From the NCBI RefSeq assembly GCF_964204865.1, contig NC_135264.1, positions 4,650,001-4,714,000 on the forward strand: 64,000 nt of DNA. The letters run 5' to 3'. This DNA comes from Styela clava. Lineage: Eukaryota. Position numbers and translations under genes: made by a program. Positions 13,843 through 27,942 of the stretch are shown in pieces. Each line of letters begins with the position of its first letter. Position 1 is the stretch's first letter. The notes under the pieces are model-generated. The model saw only the letters and a list, made by a program, of their open reading frames with translations. It did no database searches and was not told the origin of the DNA.

Positions 13843-16800
13843 GTCTACCTTATCATAAAACTCCGACTTCGCTGACCACTAGATCGTTGAAATGCGATTG
13901 TGGAACCGCCACATAAAGTAAATAGTTCATTGGTCCAATTGTTGAAGAGAAAAGAATTTTTTTTTAAAACAAAAATGCAGCAACAAGGAGAATACTAAAA
14001 AGAAAAAACAACAACAATTAAGGAAAAGGACTCATAGCCCCATTTCGTGTCCAATAAATAAGTTTCAGTGTTTATTTGTTTAATAAAGAAAGTTAATATG
14101 ACACTTGAAGAACATTTTGAGGTTTGAGTCGTCTGGTGAACTCGTAATATTGTATTTAAAAAACACCGATGAACTATATGAAACTCTGCTCTAAAATTTC
14201 CGTGTTACCCCTCTTTGCTTGCTCATATTGTTTAATGGTTAATCCGGCGCTGAGTGGGGTTCCGTTAGTTTCTCGGGGGGTTCCGCGTTTTTTTTTTTTC
14301 AACGGAAATCATTTCAAGGTTCAGCATGTTGATGCGTCATTATAAATATTCTTAGACCACCGTGTCTCGTTCAAACTCCAAGTAGGCCAGTTCGTTAAAC
14401 AAGAGGTTTAGTCACAGTTCAGTTGATAGACAAAAAATAAATATTTTCGGTTGTTGCGTAACTTTAGTCATTGTTATGCAACTAACAACAACGCAATTGT
14501 TCCACCATGGTTGCATGATGTTCAAAGTATGTAGATATTGCTCGAGACTAGAGAGAGTATAATACTACAAACTAGAGTTGTTGTTCAGCTTTTGTTGGAA
14601 TATAGTAAATAAAGTGTGAAACCCAAATTTTCAATATTCAGTCAATACAGTTGAAGCAAAATAGTGTATTTTCTTATGTGAAGCGAAATAATAACAGCGG
14701 TGAAGCTCAGGACGCGATGAGCAAAGTAGTTCAAATGCAAAAAGAGGCATCTGCTCCTTTTCCGAAGCGAACCAAATGTAGTTCAATTGCCAAAATTGGA
14801 AAATGAGATGAAACATATTTGAAATACGGCTTCTTTTTGCCCGATGACAAGAATCTGAATGCAGTTCCACAGCCCGAATGTCTGATTTGCTGTAAGATAC
14901 TTTCTAATTCTGCACTAGCTGCAGCTAACTTACAAAGGCACTTGGAAGCCAGGCATTCTTCGTACATGACAAGGACTATATCATACTTTAAACATATGAA
15001 AAGCGGCGCATGCAAGCAAAAGATTCTTTCCTAAGAGAAGTAAATACTGATCAAGATTTGTTAGTGACTTCATATCGACGTTCGCATCATATTCTCAAAA
15101 CAAAGAAACCGTTGATAATTCGGTGTCAATTTCCCAATACCTACCTATTTGTGTGAATCAAATCAGCATTTCTCTGTTTTAACAACTTGAAAAAAAAATG
15201 TTTTAAGACTGTAGACATGAGTACTGTGAGTATGAGAATTGCACTGAGCGCCGTGGAGCCACGATTCAAGAAGATTGCAAAGGAAATGCAAATACAACCT
15301 AGTCATTCAATTTCACGCTTGTTACCTTTTTTCTGTTTTGTTGTTGAAGTAGAAATATTTGAATTACAAATAAAAACGAGTATTTCATGTTTTTTTTTTA
15401 ATTTTGATAATTGGGGTTCCAAATAAAACGAAAAATTATATCAGGGGTTCCACAATAACAAAAAGGTTGAAGAGCACTGTTTAGTTCCACAATACTGATT
15501 AAGTCTAGCCTTCCTTGAAGTTACCGCGTCGTACCTATTTAAAAATGTTATATCAGTTTGTGCTCAACTAAACATGCTATCTATGGTAAGGATCTACAAA
15601 TTTTTAATAGCTTACTTATAACTTTTAACACCGTCTTAGCCTAACTTAACTAGTAATAACTAAAAAAGACAATGGAAATCAAGAAGCGACGCAAGAGCGA
15701 GAAGTACAAACTTAGATTCATCCGCCCGCCCACAGCTGATAAAATTTTACGTCATGCAGAAGTCTGGCCAATGTTGCCGAAATGGCAGAGATTTGGGACA
15801 GACGGTAGCACATATTTCTTGTAGTAAAAGCGTATTTTTCGTAAAACGTGTAACTTTTGGGAATGGGAACAAGGTATTATTTGTTACTTAATTTCTGAGA
15901 AACATTTTAAAATTACTTCCAATTAGTTCTCTATGTGCGCTACTAAACTGAAATATAACAGCCTCGTCTCGCGGCCTAATTCCTGGGAAAAATATTCGCA
16001 ATTTTTTTGTGTTATCGCGGGCCGGATGAAAGGACGCCACGGGCCGTAGTTTGGCGAAGAACAAGCATCACAATTGTGCGTAGGTGTAAAAAAAAATATG
16101 CTTGCCATCGCACCCCTGGGTGGGTTACCCGGAATAAATTAGCAAATCCTATCCTAACAGTGATCTGAATTGAAATGGTCACCAAGCGCAGGAAGGAACC
16201 ACGTGTCACATCTCTTGTCTTTGTGAAGCTTGTCTGGGCACCAAAACCATATGGAAGGTTACTCAATCTACTTTGTTTTATTTAATGTATTTCGGCGCAC
16301 ATTGATTAAGTTCAGTGGTAAGTATAATTATTGCAGATCACGTAATTTCAAGCATCGCTTTAGCAGCAAGGTCGATTTGGACTATTCTGTGACGCCACTA
16401 ATCTCTACAGTTCACATAATGAACTTGATATATATATATATATTGTTTATGTTTAATAGTTCGACACCGGGTATTGACCGTGTGTCCCATTTGGAAGAAC
16501 GATCTGGTATCAATAAAATGCGATCACGATCTGTGTTAGAAATGAAAAATAAATAAATAGTAACGAGATAAAACCACCCACACGGCATTGTATGAGAAGC
16601 GTTCTTAACCAGGAAGACTCGAAAAAAGTGAGTCATTGATCAACATTATATTTGTTCACAAATCGGCCTTCTGACTATGGATTCATTTATTTAATAGAAA
16701 ATAAGGATGAATGAAAAAAAATCAGGACATAAACAAATTGATTCTAAAATTACAAATTCGAAATATGAATGCAGCGCTGTTGCGTATTAACTCTGTGGTA

Positions 16801-18740
16801 TCTCAATATAGTAGAAATGAGCCCAACTCAGATTATTGCTGAACGCTGCAAAATATATTGTTTTCGTCCTTAAAATATATTTAAATCAATCAACATTTTC
16901 CACAACATGCATTCTTTTGTCTTAATATTATTTGTGGGATAATGACTCGGCATGGATTGCAGATAAACACTCTTTTATACTTCATTAAATACGATTTGAC
17001 GAATTATATCTCGGAGAAATGGTACTTTAAGTTGTTTTCGATTAGCCAAATTTGCTGATGTTATGAAAGATTACCAATTTCTTTGTAGACTTGGCATAAA
17101 ATGAAAATATGTTATTGAATGCTGAAAATTTGCAACAATTGAAGCGAACTTGTTTGAACTTGTGCAAAATAGCTTTACATAGGAAACAAATTAAATAACA
17201 GTAATGAAGGCACGCAACATCATTATGGCTCACTACGTTACTGTACAACACCAGAGTTGCAATATTGTAATCAAAAAAATCAACCACTTCCTAAATTGGT
17301 TTCTAATGAAATTTTGAACATTTTAATGTATATTGATAATTAATATATACGCAGAAAGACTTTGTTAACTATGATTGTAGTATAAGAAAAAAAATCAAAG
17401 TCTGTTCACTTTTTGTCACCAACATTAACGTTATGTTACCCCGTGTTTATTTTGTGAAAATATCGTGATATAAGAAACAGTATAATAAGGTGTGATGAAG
17501 TTTGTTAGTCATTTCTCTGAAATCAACTATATGGTGGGATTAAATGAAACACTATGATGTTTCATCATGACGTGTCTTGTGTATTTCATCATGTTCCGTC
17601 ATACTATTGTTTATTTTCTGAAAACAAAAAAATTAGTCTCGACAATGAGTCAAATCATTTTCACATAACTACATACTGAGCAAAATTGTATCAGAATATC
17701 TTTACGCCATCAAGTTTTGAGAAATGTGGAATAATGAATTACCCTGATCATGAAACAAGGAAAGTAAGGAAGCTGCGATCCGTTCCTTCGACATTTGTAT
17801 AAAAATTAATTACACAGATGCTGATCAAACGTTTTGTTTCAGTCCAAAACACGACCTCGGGGGACCTTGATGTTGCAACGTCTTTCGTCATTACCTTTCT
17901 GGCCGAAAGTCGTAGTATGTACAACTAATGGCGTAACTATATTCCTACTAAAATCCAACACCCTTTTTTATACATAATTATACAAAAGGTACAAAACAAG
18001 TAATTATGATATAAAATATATCTCATTGATCTATATTTAACCTTAAAGTGTGGATTGAGTTGTATTTTGAGATTCTACGAGATTGACGTAGAACCATAAA
18101 TGGTGTCAAAAACAGCCAGCACCCATTTGAATTAAGGCTGTTTTTAAAATATCTTAAAAATTCTTTTGAGGTAAATTTGTATTGGAGATTTTTTTCGTTT
18201 CCAATACATGATAATTTTAATTTGATTCGATCAAAACGGTCGCTGTGATAATATTTCAATTGAATTCCATATTTGAAAAACATCATGCGAAAACTGAAAT
18301 TACGCGTTTTTCGTATGCTCGGCATGTGTCATAAGCTGCGATTTGAAACTACGGTTTCCTCGTTCCAACTAGCATGAAATGATGAAATACAAAAATTAAC
18401 ACCCATATTGGGAGATTGTGATATTGTCGTCAAAGATGCGGCTTCTGTATGACTGGCGCCATGTAAATATGGAACGTCAAATATTTTTACTCTGTTTTGC
18501 CACAAAGTTTGATAATATCCCAGAAAATGCTCATGAATTTACAATAACGTAGAAATATCCACATACTTTCTGGATTTGTCAACGTACCTTGTCGCGACAC
18601 CAAATCAACTAGGTAAGGAGAAGCAAGTATTAAAATGCCATCAGCGTAACATGTGGATTATGATAAATTTTTTTGTTTCGAATCAATAAAAAGTACTGAC
18701 ATTCATCGCAAGAAAATTCTTTGAGGAATGCTTGAAAACG

Positions 18741-18748
18741 TATAAATA
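18741..18748 (+). promoter_or_regulatory. Putative TATA box of the secreted Cys-rich gene
   Basis: TATAAATA lies upstream of a plausible non-coding exon ending at AAG|GTAAAA (18913/18914), with acceptor ttttcag at 19059 just before the ATG. Confidence 0.4.
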
Positions 18749-19062
18749 GATGGAAAAGTCGTGATCATGATTAACACCGACGAAGCAGAGAAGCAAAGAG
18801 GAACTGACAAAGGTATACTACTCCAACGATTATTATCGCATGGTACTAATCGACAAAAAAAAAACAATTTCAAACAACTTAATCTCTTACGCATTTAAAG
18901 CTCCAGCTGAAAGGTAAAAAAATTTTCCATTGATGTAATTAACAAATAAAGCTAGGTTAATTATAGTGTCAGTATGAACACAAAGCGAACTATAGGTACT
19001 GGGAAAAGATGATTTTTAAAATTTCGATTACCATAACTATATTCTCTGTAATTTTTCAGATT

Positions 19063-20392
19063 ATGATGATGAAAATATCTTTCCTCCTGGTGATACTTTT
19101 TGCAGCAGAATTTGGAACGTCTGCCAAATTGAAATGTTTTCAATTACGTTTCAAATTAGGAAAACAACAGTGTTCCCCAAGTAAGTTTTAACATACTACG
19201 CACATGTTAACGCATATTCATCAGCGCTAATGTGGTTTGTTATGTCTATAATATCGTTGCATCACAAACGAAATAATGCCTCCTGAGGCTACAGATTTGT
19301 TTACGCAGTAGCGGGAATTCAATCTTATTTCAAACCACGTATTGAAAAACTTGCTATTTTCTCCGATCAGGCATCATCAGACTTTGTGCTCACAATTTGA
19401 GAAACTATACTAAAACCGGATGGTCCAAATATTATGGTCACAGTGTATGAGAATTTCAAAACTTAATTTTATAGAGACAGCAACAAGTACCATTTGCCCA
19501 TATCGTGAAGTATGCCCTTTTCGCTTATCTTATTCATTTTTATATTTTCTTTACAGAGAAAGGTTTTGAAGGTGACATGGTACCATGCTACAACTTATGC
19601 ACGAAAAAATTGGTCAAAGTTGAAGACTGCAATAATCATCCAAAAAATCAACATTGCTGTATTCACGACTGCAGATGTGTTATGAGAGGAAGTGAGCTCT
19701 AGCATTTCATATTATGAATCTTGCGTGGAGTTCTTGTAAGCGATCAAATTTGGCATAATATTTGTGTATATATTTTGTTTTACGTTTCCACTTAAATTGA
19801 ACAATAACATGATAAATTTAATATATATCGTAAATTGTAATGTTTATCAATTTGAACACCACCATACGATTTCGTAAAACATACATACAATAGTGACGTT
19901 AGGAATAACCGCTTGTAAACAATAATTATATATCAATTTATAACAAATACACATTTTATTTTAGCTGGTAACGTACTTATTCCACCGGAATATAAACTCC
20001 CGATGACATTGAAAAAGAAGTCTGCCTTTATGAAATCAGAAGTCCAAAAGGGTTGTACTCCGAAAACTAAAGTTCGTTCTGCTCGAAGACGTAGACCTTC
20101 ATTAGGAAACACAAGACCCAGTATTGCCCCAACACCTCAAAAAAGACGAAATCCGATGAAGGCAGCCAAACCAAAACCTGCCCGTGAGTTAATAAAAGCA
20201 TCTACTCCGTTTCCATCGACCAGTACACCCAATTCTAAAAATGTAATCTCTACTACTACAACAACGCCGTGTACCGCTACACAAAAAGTTCCGAAGATAG
20301 CAATCAAATTTGCGACAAAAATGTCAGTCATTTTTCAGCAAATGGGTCTGGGATGGCAATTGGACGTTATTGGCCCATGTTCAGATGTATAG
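19063..20392 (+). CDS. Orphan secreted cysteine-rich basic protein, ~226 aa; coding exons 19063-19180, 19557-19691, 19965-20392
   Basis: Signal-peptide-like MMMKISFLLVILFAAEFGTSA. Two phase-1 GT-AG introns join in frame (681 nt). Ten Cys in the N-terminal half, then RSARRRRP and a K/P/T-rich tail. AATAAA at ~20589. Confidence 0.7.
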
Positions 20393-21499
20393 CACATCGT
20401 CAGTTTACTCTGGTATATATCGGTTTCTGTGACGAAGACTGCACATTGATAAACTGTTCCACCATTCAGTATTATTGAATATGTGTATTCACTGGTTTTC
20501 TGTATATATATTGAATAATTTCATTGTTTATATTTTTTGTTTGTACTATGCGAAATATGTTTATATTTACATATATATACCACGTATAAATAAATTTCAT
20601 CTGTTACTACCAATTTCAATTTGCATTGATTTATTGAAATTGGTTAACGTTCGATTCAAATACAATATATTACTATTCTCCAATACTTTTGGACTCATCC
20701 ATTTAAATGAGGAAATATAAGACGTGGTGTGGTGCTCGAAATCTTTAAAAGCGAAAATCTGAACAACAAAAAACCCTGAAATTATTGGCTAAAATTTATT
20801 CCGACAGATAGAGGTGGTTTGGGTGTACGAAAGTCTCAAATATGAAAAGACGAAGAATAGGTGATATGTCGGTTGGGAAAAAAGATATTACTATAACGAT
20901 TCTGATTCTGATTCTGAAAATAAAAGCTAATGGATTTTATCCCGTTGTATCGGGAATAACTATAAGATTAAATCTAAAGCGAAAGAAGTTGCCGATATTC
21001 TTCTGAATGTGCAGAGAGGTTAAGTCAATAAACATTTTTAAAACTAAATGTAATTCATTAAGAACGTAACCATTTTGTTACGTGTGTATACTGTATATAC
21101 CAGTCATTGCGCCGAATCCAATCATCTACCTTGTTTCGATTTCATCGCCAGCACGTAAAAATAAAACCGACAATAAATACAAAGTTGATTGAAAATAAGT
21201 GTGACGAAGAAGTCATGGAAACGCGACAAAACATAAAATAAATTCTTAAATACTGAATCATATAAATATTCAAATATGTTGGATTACTACACGTGAAATA
21301 CAAATAACACAAGACAATTTAATATTAATAACACTCACGAAATCATATATACCATATTGTACGGACTATAAAGCGCACTGTCAATAAATTGGTTAGATTG
21401 GTTTTTATTCATACTATTAGGCGCAACGGGTACTATTTTTAGTATGAACAAAAAAGCATAACGCACTATACCTGATCCATACCTTTGGCAGCGCCAACT

Positions 21500-21950
21500 G
21501 AATATGCATATACAACCAATGTCATATGCATATACCACCAATTAATATACAAATACAGCCATTTTGGCGATGCACTTGCAAAAATCATTATAATATGCAT
21601 TTACAGATAAATTAATATACATAAACGGCCAATCGAGTAATGTACATATCCAGCTTATTCAATATGCTCATATGGACTACGCAATATAGCTGTAAAGCTA
21701 ACCACTCAAGTAATGTACACAATCAGCCAGTGTCATATATATATGTGTATAGGTAACCTTATGTACTTCTTCTGAATGCATTTCAGAAATATCATACAAT
21801 TTTATATGCATATACTACCAATTTAATATACATATGATTCATGTAATGTACATATACAACCAATGTCATATGTACTTATAGTCAACTCAATATACATATA
21901 CAGCCATTTAAGTGATGTACAAACACCGCCAATCCATTTCATATCTATGC
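21500..21950. repeat. Degenerate tandem repeat (tacacatacagcca / tgtcatatgcata-like subunits)
   Basis: Recurring ~20-nt motifs. A related inverted stretch lies at ~41245-41385. Confidence 0.5.
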
Positions 21951-24341
21951 ACTCACTATTGTGTACCAATACGCTCACATCTACAAGTCGCAAGCTTGGA
22001 AGTCATAAGTGCGTTAAAAATGACTCTCAACAATCAATGAGCTCCAAATAACGAATAGTAAGGCAAAAGTTTTTTTTTTTTCAAAAAACACGTGGGAAAT
22101 ACGTGGGTGGAATGGTTAATAAATATACAAGCGCAACAGCTCCCTGCATTCTCTGAACAAATGTAAATATCCAAAATAAGGCGGACAAAATCAAATGTAA
22201 AATTTATTTTTATTTAGATGCACGCCCCCTCAAACAAATGTCTACACCGGACCTTGTGAAGCGCGCCTCATCGTTTGAGTGGCTAGTTTGTTCAACCTGA
22301 AGGACGTAAACCAACAATCTCTCTCGATTGCAGCATACATTTTCTCAAACCCACCAACGACCATAAGCTCTTTTAATGAAAACTGCGACCATTTCCAGAT
22401 CACAATGCAAGATTGAACAACTTCTATCCAATTGACTGATTTCATTCCTCCCTATTCCTCCCTTCCCCCCTAACACAACGCATATAGATAGTATTATAGT
22501 ATTATGCGCGTTGAAAAGGAAAATAATTTGTTTGAATCGACAAAACAGCAGAAACTCTAGAATTAAAAAAGGTAATATGAAAAGTTTCAAATACAAAGCA
22601 CTGTTGCAAATAAATATATTTAAAACCTTTTTTTATTTAGTTCGACGTAAAATTGTATACCTACCAGCATTGTATACAATGTACATGTGAATGATACTTA
22701 TGAATGATACAATGTATACAATGTATATTGAATTGATACTCCACTCAATTGGTAAAGGAGTCATAGGCACAAAGTTTAGAGTCAAGACAGGCATATACAG
22801 AACAAATCAGCTGAAAAATATAAATGTAGTTAGGCATTTGAGTGTTCAAATTATTATTTCCTGAGAGTAGTGAAAAAAGAACATTCGCATGTGAACCTTG
22901 TTTGGCAACTTATGGAGCAAAGTCTGTAGTTCATACATGTATAGATTTTTAGACAAAAATTTAGCGCATTTTTGCAAAGCGTCCTAGAATTTTTAAACAT
23001 TCGCGTACAAAATGAAGTTCAAGCGCAACAAATCAAATATTATATTTCATTTTTGTAAAAGTAAGTAATTAGGAATATTATGGATTCAATTTTTTTTTCA
23101 ATTATTGTGTAAGTGTGCAGCAATACCCTTGAATTGAATGAATAGTCATTTTCACTCTTGCTACAGCATCATTGCGTTATACACATAGGCCTACGGATCC
23201 ACCAGCACAAAGGCATATAAAGCAAGTAAAGGTAGTGAGTTTCACGTTAAACCAACTGTTAGTTCTATTTTTTTTGGTTACTCTTAGAATATTTTCAATT
23301 TTAATTGGGGTTCCCCTTTACTGAGATTGCAATGTGGTGATTCCCATACACGCCGGAATGTAAATGCAAAATTCTGTTGAGGAAGAACTCAATGAGAACA
23401 TAAATAAGATTGCCAAAACGCTTTTGATACAAGATTGTTCATATAGTTACCAAGCGAATTTTTGAATTGAAATAAACATTCATTCTAATTACATTGTGCA
23501 CTCGTGCAAAATATTTCAACTGTTGGATAAAACGAATGTTTTCGCTTTTACAAAATATGTTATTTCATTTTTCATTCGGATGGGGTGTAAATTGAAGATT
23601 TTGGCGTTGAAACAAAATTTAGTTCTGAACCTACGGATTTTATTTCCTCATATAACATTAAAATATGAATTCATTTGAATTGTTCAATCATTCAATGTTT
23701 CAATATTTTCCGAGGTTGGCAGATTGAGATAATGGCATCTACGGAAAGAAAGTGATTTATAGCCTTGGACCAGCGGTTCTCAAACTTTTAAATACAATAT
23801 ATTATGTAAAATATTAACTACGTTTCCATATACGTTGATGCTTGACATACAGATAAACTTTACGCGTAATCACTGCGTTTCAGTCTGGTAAATAGGTACA
23901 CGACAATATTTTGTTAATATGTTTTGTATTCGAGTACATATTGTACATTTTGTGGAAAATCAACCATGTGAAACGGAATTTATGTTCAAAACAGTATCCA
24001 ATGATTCAATACAGTTGCTTGGCAGTTCTCATCGTAATTTTTGGAGTATTGAGTTAGTTGGCTCAGCCTAAAATTTGGAAGTATGTGTTATGTGTTATGT
24101 GAGGAAGAGCATGTTATGCGTGTTAGCGAGAGCAATGAACAAATATATAGACACAATAGTTCAAGAACTGATACCGGTAGCCAATGCAACTCGCGAGGAA
24201 ATGTAACTGAGCACTGAGTTCGCAACCTATTTCAAATAGCCATGATTCAATATTTATGTTATTCAAAGAAATCAAATGTCATAACAACTGTTTGTTTCAT
24301 GGTAACAGAACAATTGTTTTACAACACATTTTAACTAAGAT

Positions 24342-26154
24342 ATGACATTATTAAATGATATAACATACAAAGTTATTGACTGCAGCAATTTGTGCTCAGT
24401 TCGAACCTTGATCGAAGAACATTACACGTCAGATTTAGCTTTGGGAAAGTATTTGAATTGCACTAAAGAAGATTTAATACCGACATATTATACTCTAATA
24501 GAGGTTGGCTAATTTAATTATCAGATTTGGAATATATTATATACACATAAGTGTATATAACAAGTCGATTGTCTTGTTTGGTTTATTAATTGTAGACTGG
24601 TGGTCAAAATTCAATTTCTCTTCTTTAGGTTTGAGTCTAAGTTATGTAAATCATATTGTAGCAGTTGTTACAGTCTGTTATCATTGTTGTGTAAAAACCA
24701 AAGTTTTAATTTTAAGTTTGTTTAGTATATATGGTATTTACAGCGATGTACAAATGGCTCTTCGTTTTACTCATGAAGCCAGTCGTGGTAATTACTGATA
24801 TATTTAAATTTAATTCCAGCCTTTTTTAAGCCAAGGAAATTCAATCGGAGCTTTTCATGGTAAAGATGATGATTTATGCGGAGTAGCTATCAACGTAAAA
24901 CCTAATCGTAATGATGAGATGAAATACTTAAACACGCTTCATTTAAACGAAAAGAATGCAGCTATCGAACGGGTAAGATATATCAAAACGTCTTAAATAT
25001 TTAGAAAATTCAAATATGAACCCAATATTAGTCACGAAATATGTTTTACTCAAACCTTCAAAAAATAGAATACTTACAAAAGCAGAATTTTTGTCACAAA
25101 GTTTATGGATAAGACAATAATAAAACTATGAATAAGTTCCGTGAAGTTTTATTACACCGCAGTTTTTTTCAAACCCAATCCAATCGTTTCACGAAATTAA
25201 GACTGCAACCAAGTTAGTCGATCGTTACTATTACAAATACGAGTCCAAATATGACAACGATATGCGCGTCGGAGACTTATTCAATAGTCGTCGCTGACCA
25301 GGATATATTTGACCTAACTGGTTTTAAAACCTGTTAATTTTCCGCAGATTTTCGAGAAAAATGTCTTCTCCGTAACAGTTAAGATAAATTTTACATTGTG
25401 ATAATTGGAGGCAAGTGTGTACATTGTCTCTTTTTTGATTAGCTCATGACATCGGTGAGCGGTGATGACATGCCAAATACTCTTGGAACTGACCGCTACT
25501 GGGAAATAAAAATGGTAACTGTGCATCCGAAATACAGAGGAAGAGGTTTAATGACTGAACTTGTCAAAAGGTATGAATATCCAGGTGACATTCAATAAAA
25601 ATTACTAGAATTATTGTTTTAACTACGTTGCTAGCACCAGCTGAAAGCCACTCTAGATTTTTCGTTGTTCAAGTGTTCATTACTGCCATTGTTCTGCTTC
25701 GTGTCAACGAAATATAAAAAACGGCAAGAATTTATCATACCAATACCACTTCAACCAAATTTTAGGTTTATTAAAAGCATTCCTGGCAACAAATCACAAA
25801 AAATTTATATCAAATAACATTTTTGCTCATTAATGTAATAAATATTTCGTTATAATAACATCATTCTGGGCATAGCAAAAAATAATTCAATATTTTTTGC
25901 ATCATATGCGAATCATTTGAAAACTCATTTTCTTAAGGTCCACAATCTTGGCCAAACAAAGAGGAATAGAAAAACTAGTGATGTTTCAAACATACGACCA
26001 AAGCTTGAAATCTCCGGAAAAAATGGATGGCTTTGAAATTATTAAACAATTAGATTTAAGAGAATACGTTGATTCAGTCACGAGAAAGAAAGAGTTTTCA
26101 GGAATGAAGCCGCCATACCACTTACAAGTCATTATTGTCAAAAAAGTTTTTTAG
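24342..26154 (+). CDS. GNAT N-acetyltransferase, insect-type AANAT-like, copy A, 219 aa; exons 24342-24503, 24820-24972, 25443-25570, 25938-26154
   Basis: GT-AG introns in phases 0/0/2 give a 660-nt open CDS. GNAT motif A is VTVHPKYRGRGL. C-terminus EKMDGFEIIKQLDLREY..F..MKPPYHLQVIIVKK resembles insect dopamine N-acetyltransferase as I recall it; no search was run. Confidence 0.88.
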
Positions 26155-26443
26155 AGTATACAAAGAACAATGACAGATGGAAAGCATGGTGTTGAAACCA
26201 ATTTATAAGTTTTTTTTATGTAAATGCATGAACCAGGGTTGCTCGAAACGAATCGAATACCATCGAATACTTTTTCAGCTTGTTTTAGAATAATTCCAAA
26301 TGATGATCACTTTTGGGCCACATCAAAACGATTTTCTGCGATTTGTCAAGTGTTGTTACGGTGATGAAATATAATCGGCAATTTTATTGTTTGTTATCTT
26401 CTGTGAGAGCGCGACGCATATTGTTGCGACATCTTTGTACGAT

Positions 26444-26659
26444 TAGGAATTACATATTTAACCCGGAGGAGAAGAAAACCCTAATCATATGACAAACGAC
26501 GCTCTCTCGTCCGGTTATCTGTCCATGTCGGGTACGGGATTAATTAGCCAGTTATTTTGGTTCAGATGCGTGGACTTAATGGTAGATGAATCCGTAACCG
26601 ACCAGCGGAGTCCGTGAATCCTCTTGCACATTATTATTACTCACGGAATTCGAACCTGG
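26444..26659 (-). mobile_element. Diverged SINE copy 3' of copy A
   Basis: The reverse complement contains B-box GGTTCGAATTCC plus taatcccgtacccgac and taaccggacga, which are shared with the 12542 SINE. Confidence 0.65.
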
Positions 26660-27149
26660 TTGCAGACACAATTCAGCATATTTCCTGAAAAAGTTTGGAT
26701 AAATTAATGGGGAGTAATATTAAACATGGAGGCGGTTCACACGTCTCGCGTTGATCCGACCAATAGCAGAACGTAAATAAGTTGTGTTCACGCGCTTTTT
26801 TACCATAAATATTAACTTGTCGCAAGTCCGAAACAAGTTGATTTATTCGGAAGAGTATGGAAAAATAATTTATACTTTTTGGCAAATAATTTTGATAAGA
26901 ATAAATAGAAGAATCGACGTTTCCAAAAGATGATTTTCCTCGCGCTTACTAATCAATCCATGGCTGATACCTGCATTTAAAATACTTTGCCGTATAAATT
27001 TAATCCTGTTCAACGTAACATAAATTTGAGTCGACTTTAAATACCACGGCAAACTATGGACATAGAAGATGTGGTAAACTGCATGATTGTATTTAATTTT
27101 TGATGTGTATTTTCGTACTTGAGAAAAAATAAAAATTATTACTCTGAAA

Positions 27150-27942
27150 TGCAAAATATTCCAACTGTTGGATAAAACGAATGTTTTCACTTTCACAAAA
27201 TATGTTAATCCATTTTTCATTCGGATGGGGTGTATATTGAAGATTTTGGCGTTGAAACAAAATTTAGTTCTGAACCTACGGTTTTTATTCCACTATATAA
27301 CATTAAAATATGAATTCATCTGAATTGTTCAATCATTCAATGTTTCAATATTTTCCAAGGTTGGCATATTGAGATAATAGCATCTAAGGAAAGAAAGTGA
27401 TTTATATTCTTAGACCAGCGGTTCTCAAACTTTTAAATACAATATATGTGAAATCTTAACTACGTTTCCATATACGTTGATGCTTGACATACAGATAAAC
27501 TTTACGCCTAATTACTGCGTTTCAGTCTGGTAAATAAGTACACGACATTATTTTGTTAATATGTTTTGTATTCGAGTAAATGCTGTACTTTTTGTGGAAA
27601 ATCAACCATGTGAAACGATATTTATGTTCAAAACAGTATCCAATAATTTATTACTGTTGCTTGGCAGTTCTCATCGTAATTTTTGGAGTATTGAGTTAGT
27701 TGGCTCAGCCTTAAAATTTGGAAGTATGTGTTATGTGTTATACAATGAAGAGCATGTTATGCGTGTTAGCGAGAGCAATGAACGAATATATAGACACAAA
27801 GGTTCAAGAACTGATACCGGTAGCCAATGCAACTCGCGCGGAAATGTAACTAAGCACTGAGTTCGCAACATATTTCAAATACCCATGATTCAATATTTAT
27901 GGTATTCAAAGAAATCAAATGTCATAACAACTGTTTGTTTCA
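27150..27942 (+). repeat. Orphan duplicate of the copy-A upstream region (23505-24299) with no gene attached
   Basis: Highly similar sequence that stops at ...ctgtttgtttca, 42 nt before the point equivalent to the copy-A ATG. Confidence 0.85.

Larger units (their letters stand above)
12367..15479 (+). mobile_element. Internally deleted hAT (Buster/Charlie-type) DNA transposon with nested insertions
   Basis: 14-bp TIRs CAGTGCTCTTCAAC / GTTGAAGAGCACTG. Transposase N-terminal remnant YLKYGF..PECLICCKILSN..LQRHLEARH (~14816-15030) and C-terminal remnant MRIALSAVEPRFKKIAKEMQIQPSH (~15230-15310). No clear TSD. Confidence 0.8.

Noticed and set aside
19063-20392. Vanabin or canonical TIL-domain identity
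   Set aside because: Cys spacing matches neither repeated C-x2-4-C arrays nor the standard TIL pattern.
20269-20478. Alternative Cys-containing ORF overlapping the secreted gene
   Set aside because: It is in a different frame from the spliced CDS with no supporting splice site. It would matter only if the assembly has a frameshift.
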